A stretch of DNA of 64,000 bases from Flavobacteriaceae bacterium (GCA_964229545.1 CAXRDP010000067.1:20162-84161); one strand, 5' to 3'; numbered from the stretch's first letter, positions 9,513-21,207 are shown. Numbers and translations: made by a program. Notes: a model not told the origin generated them from the letters alone.

Positions 9513-10064
9513 ATGGAAGAATTGACTTTACTTTTAGACATGACCAAAGAGGCAATGCAAAAAGCACTTGACCATCTTGAAAAGTCTTTTGTCAACATAC
9601 GTGCCGGAAAGGCCAACCCCAATATGTTGTCGGGGGTTAAGATTGAATACTATGGCGCACAAACTCCGTTGAGCCAAGTAGCCAATGTCAACACTCCCGA
9701 CGGACAAACACTCTCTGTGCAGCCTTGGGATAAAACCATGATACCTGATATCGAGAAAGCCATATTGGTTGCCAACTTGGGTTTTAACCCGATGAACAAT
9801 GGTGAATCGGTCATCATCAACATACCACCGCTCACCGAAGAGCGTCGCCGCGAATTGGTCAAACTGGCCAAAGCAGAAGCAGAAAATGCAAAAGTAGGGG
9901 TGCGCAACGCGCGCAAGGACGCCAACAATGAAATCAAAACATTTGACCTGTCTGAAGACCAAAAAAGCAATGCCGAGGTGGATGTACAGTCATTGACAGA
10001 TGGCTATATCCAAAAGATTGATGAAAAATATGCTGTAAAGGAAAAAGAGATCATGACGGTCTAA
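9513..10064 (+). CDS. frr: Ribosome recycling factor
   Basis: 183-aa product carrying the conserved RRF sequence (IRAGKANPNML...PPLTEERRRELVK). Confidence 0.95.
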   Translation: MEELTLLLDMTKEAMQKALDHLEKSFVNIRAGKANPNMLSGVKIEYYGAQTPLSQVANVNTPDGQTLSVQPWDKTMIPDIEKAILVANLGFNPMNNGESVIINIPPLTEERRRELVKLAKAEAENAKVGVRNARKDANNEIKTFDLSEDQKSNAEVDVQSLTDGYIQKIDEKYAVKEKEIMTV

Positions 10065-10089
10065 GGACTTTTGTGTTCGTAACATTGCT

Positions 10090-12471
10090 ATGATAGAATG
10101 GATCAATACGCGTTTTTGGGGCGCTGTCGCCTCGCTTATCCTGCGTAATCGTGTTTTTTTTATACTTCTAGTCGTTGTTGCTACCGTTTTTCTGTCGATG
10201 CAGTGGAAAAACATGCGCTTTAGCTTTACAGAAGCAAATCTGCTCCCCGATAACCATCCTTTTAACGTAGCCTATTCTTCGTTTGTAGAAAAATTTGGTG
10301 ATGAAGGAAATATTATTGTTTTGGCTGTGCAAGACTCGGCTTTGTTTACCAAACAAGGAATCGCTGATTGGAGCACGCTGACCCTTTCGTTTCAGGAGGA
10401 AGAAGCAGTACGTTCGGTGGTAGGGATTGGCACCCTGGAGGAACTCAAAAAAAATAATGCGCAACAGCGTTTCGAAATGGGTCCTATCGCCAACCAACAA
10501 CCCAAAACAGACCGCCAAGCTGGTGCACTCAAAAAAAATTTGTTTGAAAAACTTCCGTTTTTCAAAGGGCTGCTGGTGAGTCCAGAGAATGAGGTGGTGC
10601 AAACACTGATCTACCTAAAAAAAGAAGCGGTTAACAGTGGTTTACGACAAGATTTTGTCAACCAATCTCTGATTCCCAAAATTGCAACTTACGAAAACGC
10701 AACAGGAAATGATGTGCGTGTTTCGGGCATGCCCTACATACGTACCATCAACGCAGCGACCATATTAAACGAAATCGGTTTGTTTGTGGTGGCGGCTACC
10801 TTGGTCACAACACTGATTTTCTTTTTCTTTTTCCGCTCCTACCGCGCTACGTTTATCTCAATGGTCGTGGTAATTATTGGGGTTATGTGGGCCTTTGGGG
10901 TGCTCGGGCTGATGGGGTATGAAATTACCGTACTCACGGCTCTCATCCCCCCTATTGTGATTGTGATCGGTGTGCCCAATTGTATTTTCTTAATCAATAA
11001 GTATCAACAAGAAATCAAAAAACACGGCAACCAAGCACGCTCACTCCAAAGAGTCATTTCCAAAATCGGAAATGCCACCCTGATGACCAATATGACCACT
11101 GCATTGGGATTTGCAACCTTCACTCTCACCAACAGCAAACTGCTCAAAGAATTTGGCTTGGTGGCCTCCATCAACATCATGCTGATTTTTGTGTTGTCGC
11201 TGCTTATTATCCCCATCATGTATAGCTATATGTCAATTCCCAAGAAAAAACACTTGGCCCATTTGAGCAGAAAGTGGATGACGGGATTTGTGGATTGGAT
11301 GGAGCGTATGGTACGTCACCAACGCGTAGGGGTCTATTTTGTGTCTGTGATTGCACTGATGCTCAGTGTGGCAGGCATGTATCAAATCAAACTATCGGGT
11401 ACCATCATTGATGACCTCCCTAGAAACACTTCCTTTTTTGAAGACATTCGGTTTTTTGAGGATCAGTTTAATGGTGTCATGCCCATTGAAATTATGATTG
11501 ATACCAAAAGAAAAAACGGAGCTACACGACTCTCTACACTAAATCGGTTGGAAAAACTAGATATCTATATAAACGAAATACCAGAGTTGTCACAGAGTGT
11601 CTCTGTACTGAATGTGGCCAAGTATTTCAAACAAACATATTACAATGGAAACCCAAACTACTTTCAATTGCCCACGCGTCAAGAAAACAGCTTTATTGGT
11701 TCGTTTGTTAAAAATATGTCGGGTGAGGCTAGCTTATCGGGAAGCCTAATAGATAGTACAGGGCAGTTTATTCGGGTTTCTACCATGCTGAAAGACGTTT
11801 CTACAGCTCGTATGGAGGCCATAGAAGCGGGGCTTATGTCAGAAACCGCCAAACTTTTTCCAAATGAAAATTTTGAAGTCACCCTCACAGGCAAAGCACT
11901 CGGCTATTTGAAGGGGACACGTTTTTTGGTGCGCAATTTGGTTGTGTCACTTTCAATTGCCATTCTGTTGATTGCTTTGTTTATGGCTTATACCTTTCGG
12001 TCATTTCGCATGATTCTGATATCGCTAATTCCCAATATCATTCCGCTGATTCTCACAGCTGGTATGATGGGTTTTTTGGGAATACCCATTAAACCCTCCA
12101 CCATTTTGGTGTTTAGCGTAGCATTTGGAATATCGGTCGATGACACCATTCACTTTTTGGTCAAATACAGACAAGAGCTTCAGGCCAACAAGTGGCGTAT
12201 TAAAAAATCTGTTTACGCGGCCTTACGAGAGACCGGTGTGAGTATGTTTTACACTTCTATCGTATTGTATTTTGGATTTTCTGTGTTTATGATTTCTAGT
12301 TATGGTGGTACAGTTGCCCTAGGTGGTTTGGTGTCTACAACCCTACTGTTTGCTATGTTAGCCAACCTGATACTTTTGCCATCCCTTCTACTCTCTTTAG
12401 AGGAAAGCATTGCCAACGAACGCACACTCAAAGAACCTCGTTTTGACATCCTCCCTGAAGAGGATTCATAA
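10090..12471 (+). CDS. MMPL/RND-superfamily exporter (HpnN-like, two 6-TM bundles)
   Basis: The 793-aa product has two hydrophobic blocks separated by large soluble loops. Assignment rests on similarity to the MMPL family layout. Confidence 0.8.
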   Translation: MIEWINTRFWGAVASLILRNRVFFILLVVVATVFLSMQWKNMRFSFTEANLLPDNHPFNVAYSSFVEKFGDEGNIIVLAVQDSALFTKQGIADWSTLTLSFQEEEAVRSVVGIGTLEELKKNNAQQRFEMGPIANQQPKTDRQAGALKKNLFEKLPFFKGLLVSPENEVVQTLIYLKKEAVNSGLRQDFVNQSLIPKIATYENATGNDVRVSGMPYIRTINAATILNEIGLFVVAATLVTTLIFFFFFRSYRATFISMVVVIIGVMWAFGVLGLMGYEITVLTALIPPIVIVIGVPNCIFLINKYQQEIKKHGNQARSLQRVISKIGNATLMTNMTTALGFATFTLTNSKLLKEFGLVASINIMLIFVLSLLIIPIMYSYMSIPKKKHLAHLSRKWMTGFVDWMERMVRHQRVGVYFVSVIALMLSVAGMYQIKLSGTIIDDLPRNTSFFEDIRFFEDQFNGVMPIEIMIDTKRKNGATRLSTLNRLEKLDIYINEIPELSQSVSVLNVAKYFKQTYYNGNPNYFQLPTRQENSFIGSFVKNMSGEASLSGSLIDSTGQFIRVSTMLKDVSTARMEAIEAGLMSETAKLFPNENFEVTLTGKALGYLKGTRFLVRNLVVSLSIAILLIALFMAYTFRSFRMILISLIPNIIPLILTAGMMGFLGIPIKPSTILVFSVAFGISVDDTIHFLVKYRQELQANKWRIKKSVYAALRETGVSMFYTSIVLYFGFSVFMISSYGGTVALGGLVSTTLLFAMLANLILLPSLLLSLEESIANERTLKEPRFDILPEEDS

Positions 12472-12501
12472 ACCACCGGCCAGTATAGATACAAAATGGA
12501 G

Positions 12502-12509
12502 TATATTTG
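12502..12509 (+). promoter_or_regulatory. Bacteroidota -7 promoter box TATATTTG upstream of asnS
   Basis: Matches TAnnTTTG, 18 nt before the ATG at 12528. Confidence 0.45.
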
Positions 12510-12527
12510 CAACTGAATTTTTTGTCC

Positions 12528-13961
12528 ATGAGCCAGCACAGTGTTCAAGCGCTATTAGAAGGAAAAGCATTGCATCAAGAAATCGAGTTGTACGGTTGGG
12601 TACGAACCTTTCGAGCCAACCGCTTTATTGCTATCAATGACGGTTCGACCTTAGAAAACCTTCAATGTGTGGTCGATTTTGAACAGACAGATGAAAACCT
12701 ACTCAAGCAAATCGCCACAGGTGCTGCACTACACATCAAAGGTACTTTGGTAGAAAGTCAAGGCCAGGGACAGAACTATGAAGTTCAAGTCAGTAGCCTC
12801 ACCATATTGGGCGCCTCTGATCCCGAAACCTATCCAATACAACCCAAAAAACATTCTTTTGAGTTTTTACGCGAAAAAGCGCATTTGCGAGTGCGCACTT
12901 CGACCTTTGCGGCCGTGATGCGGGTAAGGTCGGCGCTGTCATTTGCCGTGCATCAATACTTTAGAGACAAAGGTTTTTATTATGTACACACTCCAATTAT
13001 CACTGGGAGTGATGCGGAGGGGGCAGGAGAAATGTTTCGTGTGACAACCCTAGACGCTAAAAATCCACCCAAAAATGAGGACGGAAGCGTGGCATTTGAA
13101 GAAGATTTTTTTGGTAAAGAGACCAACCTGACCGTTTCGGGTCAACTGGAAGCAGAAACCTATGCCATGGGCTTAGGTAAGGTCTATACGTTTGGGCCTA
13201 CTTTTAGGGCGGAAAACTCCAACACCTCCAGACACCTAGCCGAGTTTTGGATGATTGAGCCCGAAGTAGCTTTCAACAACTTGGACCAAAACATGGATTT
13301 GGCAGAAGATTTTATCAAAGGTGTTTTGGGATATGTTTTGGAGCATTGTCAGGCAGACTTGGCGTTTTTAGATCGCCGTATGGCTGACGAAGAAAAAACC
13401 AAACCCCAAATCGAGCGCAAGCCTATGGGTCTGTTGGAGCAATTGCGATTTGTGGTCGCTCAACAATTTGTACGGGTGTCTTATACAGAGGCCATAGACA
13501 TATTGCGTCAGTCCAAACCCAACAAAAAGAAAAAGTTTAAATACCCTATAGATGCGTGGGGCGCAGATTTGCAAAGTGAGCACGAGCGCTATTTGGTTGA
13601 AAAACATTTTAAATGTCCTGTCATTCTTTTTGATTATCCAGCTGGGATCAAGGCTTTCTATATGCGGTTAAACGATGATGGAAAAACCGTTCGTGCCATG
13701 GACGTATTGTTCCCTGGAATTGGTGAGATGGTCGGAGGGTCGCAGCGAGAAGAACGACTCGATATTCTCGAACAGCGTATGAAAGCGATGGATATTGACC
13801 CTAAAGAACTCGACTGGTATTTGGACCTTCGAAGGTTTGGAACGGCGCCTCATGCTGGCTTTGGTTTGGGCTTTGAGCGATTGGTGCAATTTGCGACCGG
13901 CATGTCCAACATTCGCGATGTGATTCCCTTTCCACGCACCCCCCAAAATGCTTCTTTCTAA
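12528..13961 (+). CDS. asnS: Asparagine--tRNA ligase
   Basis: Class IIb aaRS motifs ([38 protein letters not shown]). Confidence 0.93.
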   Translation: MSQHSVQALLEGKALHQEIELYGWVRTFRANRFIAINDGSTLENLQCVVDFEQTDENLLKQIATGAALHIKGTLVESQGQGQNYEVQVSSLTILGASDPETYPIQPKKHSFEFLREKAHLRVRTSTFAAVMRVRSALSFAVHQYFRDKGFYYVHTPIITGSDAEGAGEMFRVTTLDAKNPPKNEDGSVAFEEDFFGKETNLTVSGQLEAETYAMGLGKVYTFGPTFRAENSNTSRHLAEFWMIEPEVAFNNLDQNMDLAEDFIKGVLGYVLEHCQADLAFLDRRMADEEKTKPQIERKPMGLLEQLRFVVAQQFVRVSYTEAIDILRQSKPNKKKKFKYPIDAWGADLQSEHERYLVEKHFKCPVILFDYPAGIKAFYMRLNDDGKTVRAMDVLFPGIGEMVGGSQREERLDILEQRMKAMDIDPKELDWYLDLRRFGTAPHAGFGLGFERLVQFATGMSNIRDVIPFPRTPQNASF

Positions 13962-14014
13962 AAATGGGTATTGATTTGCGGTATTTTGTACCTTTATCCT
14001 ATTAAGGTGCTGGT

Positions 14015-15460
14015 ATGCTCAAACAAGAACTTCAGTTAAAACTAGCGCAAAAGCTGTCGCCCCAGCAGATTCAGTTGATGAAGCTGATTCAGTTGCCTAC
14101 ACTTTCTTTTGAGCAAAGACTACAACGAGAAATTGAAGAAAACCCCGCACTAGAAACCGGCCGTGAGGAGTTAGAGGACGACGTTGTTGCTGTCAATGAG
14201 GAGGAAGAGCGAGAGGTCATAGAAACCGATGACATCAACATAGATGAGTATCTGAGTGATGATGAAATTCCCGACTATCGACTCAGAGCCAATAATTATG
14301 GTCCCGACGATGAAGAAAAACAAGTTCCTTATGCGGCCGGGCAAAGTTTTCATCAATATTTAAGTCAACAACTTAGCACCTTCAATTTGGACGAACGCCA
14401 AGCTCAAATCGCCGCTTTTTTGGTGGGTAGTATTGATGACACAGGTTATATCAGACGGGCGCTTTTGGACATTGTCGATGACTTGGCATTTATAGAGAAC
14501 TTTTACACCGATGAGCAAGAGGTCAGCCAAGTATTACATTGGGTACAGCAGTTAGATCCTGCCGGGGTGGGCGCAACCAGCCTGCAAGAATGCCTGATGC
14601 TACAACTACAACGAAAAGAACAAACCGCCGAAGTGGCTCTTGCGCTTCAGATTGTATCAAACGGTTTTGATGCCTTTTCCAAAAAGCATTTCAGCAAACT
14701 ATTGGTCAAATTTGATGTAGGTGAAGACCAACTCAAAGAAGCCCTTGAGGAAATCGGAAAATTGAATCCCAAACCGGGTGGTGCCTATGCTTCTAATACC
14801 AAAATCAACAGCCATGTGGTGCCGGATTTTAGCATACAGATAATCGATGGCGGTTTGCAACTACAACTCAATGGCAGAAATGCCCCCGATCTGCATATTT
14901 CTGGAGCCTACAAAGAGATGCTCGCAGGCTATAAAGCCTCGACAGTAAAAAGTAAATCTCAACAAGAGGCTGTGCAGTTTATCAAACAAAAACTCGACGC
15001 TGCCAAATGGTTTATTGATGCCATCAAACAACGAAATCACACTTTGTATATCACTATGCGTGCCATCATGGACTATCAAGAGGCCTATTTTATGACGGGT
15101 GATGAACAAAAAATCAAACCCATGGTACTTCGAGACATTGCCGACCGCATTCAAATGGATATTTCTACGGTGTCTCGGGTGGCCAACAGCAAATATGTCG
15201 ACACGCCTTACGGAACCAAGCTGATTAAATCTTTTTTCTCTGAGGGCATGACCAACAGCGAAGGGCAAGATGTTTCTTCTATCGAAATTCGTCATGCATT
15301 GGAAGCCATCATCGACCAAGAGGACAAATCCAAACCCCTCACAGACCAACAACTCAAAACCCTACTCAACGAAAAGGGCTACCCCGTAGCACGGCGCACT
15401 GTGGCCAAATACCGAGAAATTATCGGAGCTCCCGTAGCACGATTGCGCAAACAACTTTAG
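14015..15460 (+). CDS. rpoN: RNA polymerase sigma-54 factor
   Basis: Q-rich N-terminus (QQLKLSPQQIQLMKL), an acidic region and a C-terminal RpoN box (ARRTVAKYRE). Confidence 0.93.
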   Translation: MLKQELQLKLAQKLSPQQIQLMKLIQLPTLSFEQRLQREIEENPALETGREELEDDVVAVNEEEEREVIETDDINIDEYLSDDEIPDYRLRANNYGPDDEEKQVPYAAGQSFHQYLSQQLSTFNLDERQAQIAAFLVGSIDDTGYIRRALLDIVDDLAFIENFYTDEQEVSQVLHWVQQLDPAGVGATSLQECLMLQLQRKEQTAEVALALQIVSNGFDAFSKKHFSKLLVKFDVGEDQLKEALEEIGKLNPKPGGAYASNTKINSHVVPDFSIQIIDGGLQLQLNGRNAPDLHISGAYKEMLAGYKASTVKSKSQQEAVQFIKQKLDAAKWFIDAIKQRNHTLYITMRAIMDYQEAYFMTGDEQKIKPMVLRDIADRIQMDISTVSRVANSKYVDTPYGTKLIKSFFSEGMTNSEGQDVSSIEIRHALEAIIDQEDKSKPLTDQQLKTLLNEKGYPVARRTVAKYREIIGAPVARLRKQL

Positions 15461-16371
15461 TCCAACATATCGGACAAGCAAGACGCTAAATCATATTTGG
15501 GAGCCCAGCCCCAAGCCGACCTAGCAAGGCTGTCGTCCAAAGTCCTAGGCCAAGATGCAGCAATCTTTTGGCGGTAATCAGGTGCATAATTCAAGGCAAA
15601 TGGATAGCCTTTTTTGTGAAGCGCATCAGCAAGAACTTGCGGTGTGAGACTAAAGCCCATCACATTGTAGGCAAAAGCACGGTGTAATGGTACATGCGGG
15701 GCAGACATCAACTGCATAACCGCACTTACCACGTCGTTGATGTAGATCATGGGGAGTTCGGTGTCTGCTGCCAAAAAACAAGTATAAGGCTGGCCTTTTA
15801 GAGCCGCATGTACCATTTCGACCACATAGTCGGTAGTACCCCCGCCGGGTTCATCCATAGATAGTACGCCCGGCAATCGAATGGAGCGGATATCGAGGCC
15901 GTACTTCAGGTAGTAATAGTTCATCAACTTTTCACCCACCAACTTACTGACCCCATATATGGTCGTCGGGTTCATATCCGCATTTTGGGGGGCAAAACTT
16001 GAGTTTTTGTCTTCCCCATAAGCTGCTATCGAACTCGGCCAAAAAATTCGATTGATCTTGTGGGTGATGGCAAGCTTTGCTATATGCTGAAAACTTTGCA
16101 TGTTAAGGTTCCATGCCATAAAAGGGTCTTGCTCCCCTTTGGCAGAGAGCGTGGCAACCAAATGATAAATACAGTCAATCTTATGTGAAACGACCAGGTG
16201 CTCCATCTGCCCATAGTCCAACACGTCGACCTGGGCAAAATCATAGGGAAGTTTTTGATTTGGGCTTCGAATGTCGGTAGCCAGCACATAGTAATTTTCT
16301 GACATATACAAGGCCTTGGCCAAAACGGTTCCTAATTGGCCCAAAGCACCGGTAATAAGAATTCGATTCAT
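15457..16371 (-). CDS. tdh: SDR/epimerase-fold L-threonine 3-dehydrogenase (NAD-dependent epimerase/dehydratase family)
   Basis: Rossmann motif ITGALGQLG and YGVSK catalytic motif. The gene is divergent from kbl, the classic threonine-degradation partner. Confidence 0.65.
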   Translation of the reverse strand: MNRILITGALGQLGTVLAKALYMSENYYVLATDIRSPNQKLPYDFAQVDVLDYGQMEHLVVSHKIDCIYHLVATLSAKGEQDPFMAWNLNMQSFQHIAKLAITHKINRIFWPSSIAAYGEDKNSSFAPQNADMNPTTIYGVSKLVGEKLMNYYYLKYGLDIRSIRLPGVLSMDEPGGGTTDYVVEMVHAALKGQPYTCFLAADTELPMIYINDVVSAVMQLMSAPHVPLHRAFAYNVMGFSLTPQVLADALHKKGYPFALNYAPDYRQKIAASWPRTLDDSLARSAWGWAPKYDLASCLSDMLD

Positions 16372-16432
16372 GAATATATTAAAGATTTGGTTTATTTTAG
16401 TTAAATATATAACACCTTATCCTAACGCCCAA

Positions 16433-17620
16433 ATGCAAAAAAAATTTACAGAACGTATCACTGACGAATTAGAATCGATTGCCCAAAGCGGGCGTTTAAA
16501 GTCCGAACGCATCATACTTTCCGCCCAAGATGCACAAATCAAAGTAGAAAAAGGCAAGGATGTACTGAACTTATGTGCCAATAATTATCTAGGGTTGGCC
16601 AACCATCCCAAGCTCCTACAAGCAGCCACGAAAGCCATAGAAAGCCATGGCCTTGGGTTGGCGTCTGTGCGATTTATCTGTGGTACCCAAGATATCCACC
16701 GCGTTTTGGAACAAAAAATTGCTTCATTTTTGGGTACCGAAGATGCCATATTGTACGCAGCGGCCTTTGATGCCAATGGCGGACTATTCGAGCCTTTGTT
16801 TGGGCCTGAGGATGCCATCATCAGCGATGCGCTCAATCATGCCTCTATCATAGATGGTGTCCGGCTGTGCAAAGCCAAAAGGTTCCGATATGCCCACAAC
16901 GACATGGAAGATTTGGAAAAACAGCTTCAAGCAGCCGAGGGCAGTCGCAACAAAATTATTGTTACCGATGGGGTCTTTTCTATGGATGGAACCATCGCCC
17001 AATTGGACAAAATCTGTGATTTGGCACAACGCTATGGCGCCTTGGTGATGTCTGACGAATGTCATGCCACCGGGTTTGTTGGGCCCACCGGCAGGGGAAC
17101 ACACGAAGAGAAAGGCGTTTGGGGCCAAGTAGACATACTCACAGGCACTTTTGGAAAAGCCTTGGGTGGCGGATCGGGTGGGTTTACTTGTGGGTCCAAA
17201 GCGGTAATTGACCTACTACGTCAAAAATCGAGGCCCTATCTTTTTTCCAATACCCTCGCACCGGCGTTGGTCGGCGCTACCATAGCTGCTTTAGAACTAC
17301 TTGAAAAAGACACCAGCCTATTAAATAAGCTCAAAGAAAACACCAAGTTCTTCCGATCAAAAATAGTGGCCGCAGGTTTTGATGTCAAACCGGGCACCCA
17401 CCCTATAGTTCCCATCATGCTATATGATGACCATCTGGCCCAATCTATGGCACACAAACTATTAGAAAAAGGGGTTTATGTGATTGGGTTCTCTTATCCA
17501 GTGGTGCCACAAGGTCAGGCGCGTATCCGAGTACAAGTGTCTGCCGCACATAGCCAAGAACAGCTCAACAAAGCGATTGATGCCTTTACGGCAGTGGGAA
17601 AAGAACTCGGGGTAATATAG
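16433..17620 (+). CDS. kbl: Glycine C-acetyltransferase (2-amino-3-ketobutyrate CoA ligase)
   Basis: Alpha-oxoamine synthase family with ANNYLGL, the [12 protein letters not shown] region and the PLP-lysine region TFGKALGG. The ATG at 16433 gives the canonical length. Confidence 0.9.
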   Translation: MQKKFTERITDELESIAQSGRLKSERIILSAQDAQIKVEKGKDVLNLCANNYLGLANHPKLLQAATKAIESHGLGLASVRFICGTQDIHRVLEQKIASFLGTEDAILYAAAFDANGGLFEPLFGPEDAIISDALNHASIIDGVRLCKAKRFRYAHNDMEDLEKQLQAAEGSRNKIIVTDGVFSMDGTIAQLDKICDLAQRYGALVMSDECHATGFVGPTGRGTHEEKGVWGQVDILTGTFGKALGGGSGGFTCGSKAVIDLLRQKSRPYLFSNTLAPALVGATIAALELLEKDTSLLNKLKENTKFFRSKIVAAGFDVKPGTHPIVPIMLYDDHLAQSMAHKLLEKGVYVIGFSYPVVPQGQARIRVQVSAAHSQEQLNKAIDAFTAVGKELGVI

Positions 17621-17621
17621 A

Positions 17622-19448
17622 TTATTCTTCGTATTCGGTATAAAACACCTCCAACTTTAGTCTTAAATCTGGATTGCTATGGTTAGGGCCAGCCAATACG
17701 GTTCCTAATGGATTGCCAATCATGGAAGCGGGGACTTCCACATCATTCAGAGTGGTGGTATTGGCAATGTTTAAAATATTTGAGGTGACAGACAATCCTA
17801 GGGATACGTTTTCAAAATCCTCAGGGTTTCTTAACAAATTGCTCAAATGTTTGGTCAGGCGAAATTTGTAGGAGACAATATTATTAGCATCATCATATTG
17901 AGGAATCCCCCCATAATTGATTTTGATTTGATCGGAATAATTCCCCCCACTGTCATCAATGTCAAAGTCAATGATGGGCACATGGTTTGTTGCGTCGAAC
18001 AGATACAAGCGTTCGGGCTGTGCTATGTCACCCATCAATGCTGTTTGGGTTTGATCGACATAGAGTATCAGGTTGGCCTCATTAACCAGCCAGGGGCGCG
18101 ATTGCAGTTCTTCCAACAAGACTTGACCTGAAATTCCTGAAAACAAATCAATTTGAGCCATTATCCCAGGACCTCCTTTGAGGTAGATGTTTTCTTGATT
18201 GTCATTCCCGGAAACTGCACTCATCACATCTGCTGAGAAACCGGTTTGAGCAAAAGTATTAAACCGAATCCCACTCATTGAAAGCGTCAAAGAACTCGAT
18301 GCTGCCTCAACTATGTAGTCCTCTTGTACAGTTGCATCTCCCTCTTCCTTGAGCACCAATTTTTGGTAATCATATTCAACCATGAGCTGACCGGCCGAGA
18401 AATTGAGCTGCATCAATATGGGGCTAGATTCAGCGATACTCATTACCAAACCTTGAAAATACATTTGAAAAGCCTCGTTACTATCGAGCTCCACACCACC
18501 TTCTTTGTCTAAAATTTCTTGAAACAATTCCGTGTTTTGTAATGGAATGCGTAACCTAGGGCTCAGGCGTTCATCGACTTCTTCAGACTCATCTACGTCC
18601 TCAGTCGTGGGGTCATCCTCCTTGTAGGTGACAATTTCGTTAAAATCTAAGGTTATATCTCCATCAAATAATACAGTCGGCGCATGACCCAGTTGTAAAA
18701 GGTCAAAATCAGAATAATAGGCTTGCCCCTCTTCAAAATTGGCATTGGGGTCTAAGGTCCTCAAGTAGTAATCTGACTTGTGTATTTGAAAACGCACTTG
18801 TTCAAGGTCTCCATATACAGAATTGATTTCATAAGAATTGGCACCTGCATCTGGATGTAACGTATCCTCATCAACATCATCATTAATGCCATCACCATCT
18901 GTGTCTGGGTTTAAGGGGTTGAGATTCGGGTTACGGGACTCTTCTGTGTCACTTAAGTTGTCTCCGTCTGAATCACTAGTAGGGTCGTTGGGATCTACGT
19001 CTAAGGCGTCTATAACGCCATCGCCGTCAGAGTCGCGCTGATTGGTTAGAAAAGGGATTTCTAGCCAAACGGCTGTTACCGTTTCTTGCTCATCGTGAGC
19101 AGGCTTATCAACCGTGTCTGACTGTGTTCCGTTGGCCTCAGTATCGGCATTGACAGTCCCAAAAATGTTGACGTAATTTAGAGGCAGGCTCACTTGTGTG
19201 GTAAAAGTTGCAGACAATTTTCCATAGACAGGGTCTTCAATATGCCCCAATTGGAATTGGTTCAAATTGTCTGTACGAACCACACCCACTTGGTGATGAG
19301 AAACCGCTACACCAAAGCTTTCACTTTCAAACAAAAAAGAACTCCCAGGAAGGATTTGTGGGTCAATATCATTGAATTCTTTGGTGCAAGACAGCAGTGC
19401 AGTCATTACCCCCAATGTCATCACGGTGGTTTTGTGTCTGAAAGTCAT
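17622..19448 (-). CDS. Lipoprotein, DUF4270-like, with an inserted block of thrombospondin type-3 (Ca-binding) repeats
   Basis: The lipobox is LLSC at Cys21. DxDxDGxxDxxD repeats occupy aa 138-196. The gene sits downstream of the glgA-like gene, as in other Flavobacteriia (from memory). Confidence 0.55.
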   Translation of the reverse strand: MTFRHKTTVMTLGVMTALLSCTKEFNDIDPQILPGSSFLFESESFGVAVSHHQVGVVRTDNLNQFQLGHIEDPVYGKLSATFTTQVSLPLNYVNIFGTVNADTEANGTQSDTVDKPAHDEQETVTAVWLEIPFLTNQRDSDGDGVIDALDVDPNDPTSDSDGDNLSDTEESRNPNLNPLNPDTDGDGINDDVDEDTLHPDAGANSYEINSVYGDLEQVRFQIHKSDYYLRTLDPNANFEEGQAYYSDFDLLQLGHAPTVLFDGDITLDFNEIVTYKEDDPTTEDVDESEEVDERLSPRLRIPLQNTELFQEILDKEGGVELDSNEAFQMYFQGLVMSIAESSPILMQLNFSAGQLMVEYDYQKLVLKEEGDATVQEDYIVEAASSSLTLSMSGIRFNTFAQTGFSADVMSAVSGNDNQENIYLKGGPGIMAQIDLFSGISGQVLLEELQSRPWLVNEANLILYVDQTQTALMGDIAQPERLYLFDATNHVPIIDFDIDDSGGNYSDQIKINYGGIPQYDDANNIVSYKFRLTKHLSNLLRNPEDFENVSLGLSVTSNILNIANTTTLNDVEVPASMIGNPLGTVLAGPNHSNPDLRLKLEVFYTEYEE

Positions 19449-19454
19449 CTTAGA

Positions 19455-20264
19455 TTAGCTTAAGATTTGGTTCATGTAAAACGACTCATAATTGTCCTCA
19501 AAATCACGTTCTTGCACAAAACTCATGGTAGGCTTACCGGATTCGAGAATGGTCTTTTTCAGTTTGGGGTCAATTTCGTTGTCTGCAATAATGATTCCAT
19601 CTGAATATTCGACAGCGCTTTGAGCCAATGCCGTATAATCCGGGTTGGATAAGCCGTTTAGTGCTACAGCATCTATGCCGTCAAAGGCAATCTTAGAAGC
19701 CAAATCTTTAGACAGGCTCTGTTCAAACGGAGTATCAAAAAATGAAGTCACAATTTTGGTGTTGGCCAACAACGGATCGTCGGCATAGTATTTTTTGCAA
19801 TATAAGGGCATCAACAACGAAATCCATCCTTGAACGTGTATGATATCGGGCGCCCAATTCAATTTTTTTACCGTCTCAATGACACCTTTTGCGAAGAAAA
19901 TAGCACGTTCGTCATTGTCGGCATAAAGGTTGCCATCCTCGTCTTCTGCCAAACGTCTTCCTTTAAAATAGTCTTCGTTATCGATAAAATAAACTTGCAT
20001 GCGTTCCTTTGGTATAGAAGCAACCTTGATAATCAAAGGCATATCAATATCATTGATAACCAAGTTCATTCCTGAAAGACGTATGACCTCGTGAAGCTGA
20101 TGACGACGCTCGTTAATTAGTCCGTATTTAGGTATAAAAATCCGTGTTTGCCCACCTCGGTCGTTGACCATCTTTGGAGCCTCGAATGACATATTGGACA
20201 ACTTGGACTCAGGAAGATAGGGCACTACCTCAGACGAAACATACAAAACTCTTTTCCCTGTCAT
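19455..20264 (-). CDS. Glycogen/starch synthase N-terminal-domain-only protein
   Basis: The 269-aa product matches the conserved flavobacterial short GT5-like protein (VLYVSSEVVPYLPE..., HVQGW). The C-terminal GT-B half is absent. Confidence 0.7.
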   Translation of the reverse strand: MTGKRVLYVSSEVVPYLPESKLSNMSFEAPKMVNDRGGQTRIFIPKYGLINERRHQLHEVIRLSGMNLVINDIDMPLIIKVASIPKERMQVYFIDNEDYFKGRRLAEDEDGNLYADNDERAIFFAKGVIETVKKLNWAPDIIHVQGWISLLMPLYCKKYYADDPLLANTKIVTSFFDTPFEQSLSKDLASKIAFDGIDAVALNGLSNPDYTALAQSAVEYSDGIIIADNEIDPKLKKTILESGKPTMSFVQERDFEDNYESFYMNQILS

Positions 20265-20298
20265 AAAATGCCCTTTATCTAATTTGTAGTTGGGAAAG

Positions 20299-20306
20299 CA
20301 AAATTA
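20299..20306 (-). promoter_or_regulatory. Bacteroidota -7 promoter box (TAATTTTG on the minus strand) upstream of the glgA-like gene
   Basis: The reverse complement matches TAnnTTTG, about 35 nt upstream of the ATG at 20264. Confidence 0.4.
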
Positions 20307-20367
20307 CTAAATTTAAACCGATTTATTACGAATTCCCGACTTTTGGGGCTGTTAAACTTTTGCAAAA

Positions 20368-21207
20368 ATGCCTGTAATTCAATGCCTTCCTAAACTTGAG
20401 GAATTTAAAAAATCTCATAGATCCCTTAAGCCACAGGGGTTGGTGCCCACTATGGGGGCGCTACACCCAGGTCACTTGTCTTTGATTGAAAAAGCGGCAA
20501 AAGAAAACGCCTTCACCTGGGTCAGTATTTTTGTAAATCCCACCCAATTCAACGACCCCAAAGACCTCCACAAATACCCAAAAACTTTGACTTCTGATTT
20601 AGAAGCCATACAAAAAATAGCTCCTGAAGCTTGTGTTTTTGTGCCCACGGTTGAGATGATGTATCCCGATGGGCTTCAGGTGCATTCCTATGATTTTTTG
20701 GACTTGGATATCAGTATGGAAGGCCTCCACAGACCCGGTCATTTTCAGGGAGTAGCTACCGTAGTCCAGCGTTTGTTTGAACTCCTAACCCCAGATATCG
20801 CTTATTTTGGAGAAAAAGATTTTCAACAACTCAAAATCGTAGAGTTGATAGGAGCAAAAATGCAAGTTGAGATTCAATCATGCCCCATAGTAAGAGAGGA
20901 CAGCGGCTTGGCCATGAGTTCTAGAAACCAAAGACTTACTGCCACTCAAAAAGAACAAGCAGCTGTGCTTTACGACATTCTAAAACAAGTCAAAGCAGCC
21001 TTTGGAAAAGTTTCCATAAAAAAACTTCAACAGATTGCTGAACAATCCTTGGTGCCATTTCCTGATTTTACATTGGAGTATTTCGAAATTGCAAACAACC
21101 AAACCCTGAAAAAAGTGCAACACTACAGCCCAACAGTATCAAGTAGAGCTTTTATTTCGGTTTGGGTAGATGATGTGCGGCTTATCGATAATATGTTGCT
21201 CAATTGA
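20368..21207 (+). CDS. panC: Pantoate--beta-alanine ligase
   Basis: [14 protein letters not shown] (HIGH-like) and FGEKDFQQ motifs. Confidence 0.93.
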   Translation: MPVIQCLPKLEEFKKSHRSLKPQGLVPTMGALHPGHLSLIEKAAKENAFTWVSIFVNPTQFNDPKDLHKYPKTLTSDLEAIQKIAPEACVFVPTVEMMYPDGLQVHSYDFLDLDISMEGLHRPGHFQGVATVVQRLFELLTPDIAYFGEKDFQQLKIVELIGAKMQVEIQSCPIVREDSGLAMSSRNQRLTATQKEQAAVLYDILKQVKAAFGKVSIKKLQQIAEQSLVPFPDFTLEYFEIANNQTLKKVQHYSPTVSSRAFISVWVDDVRLIDNMLLN

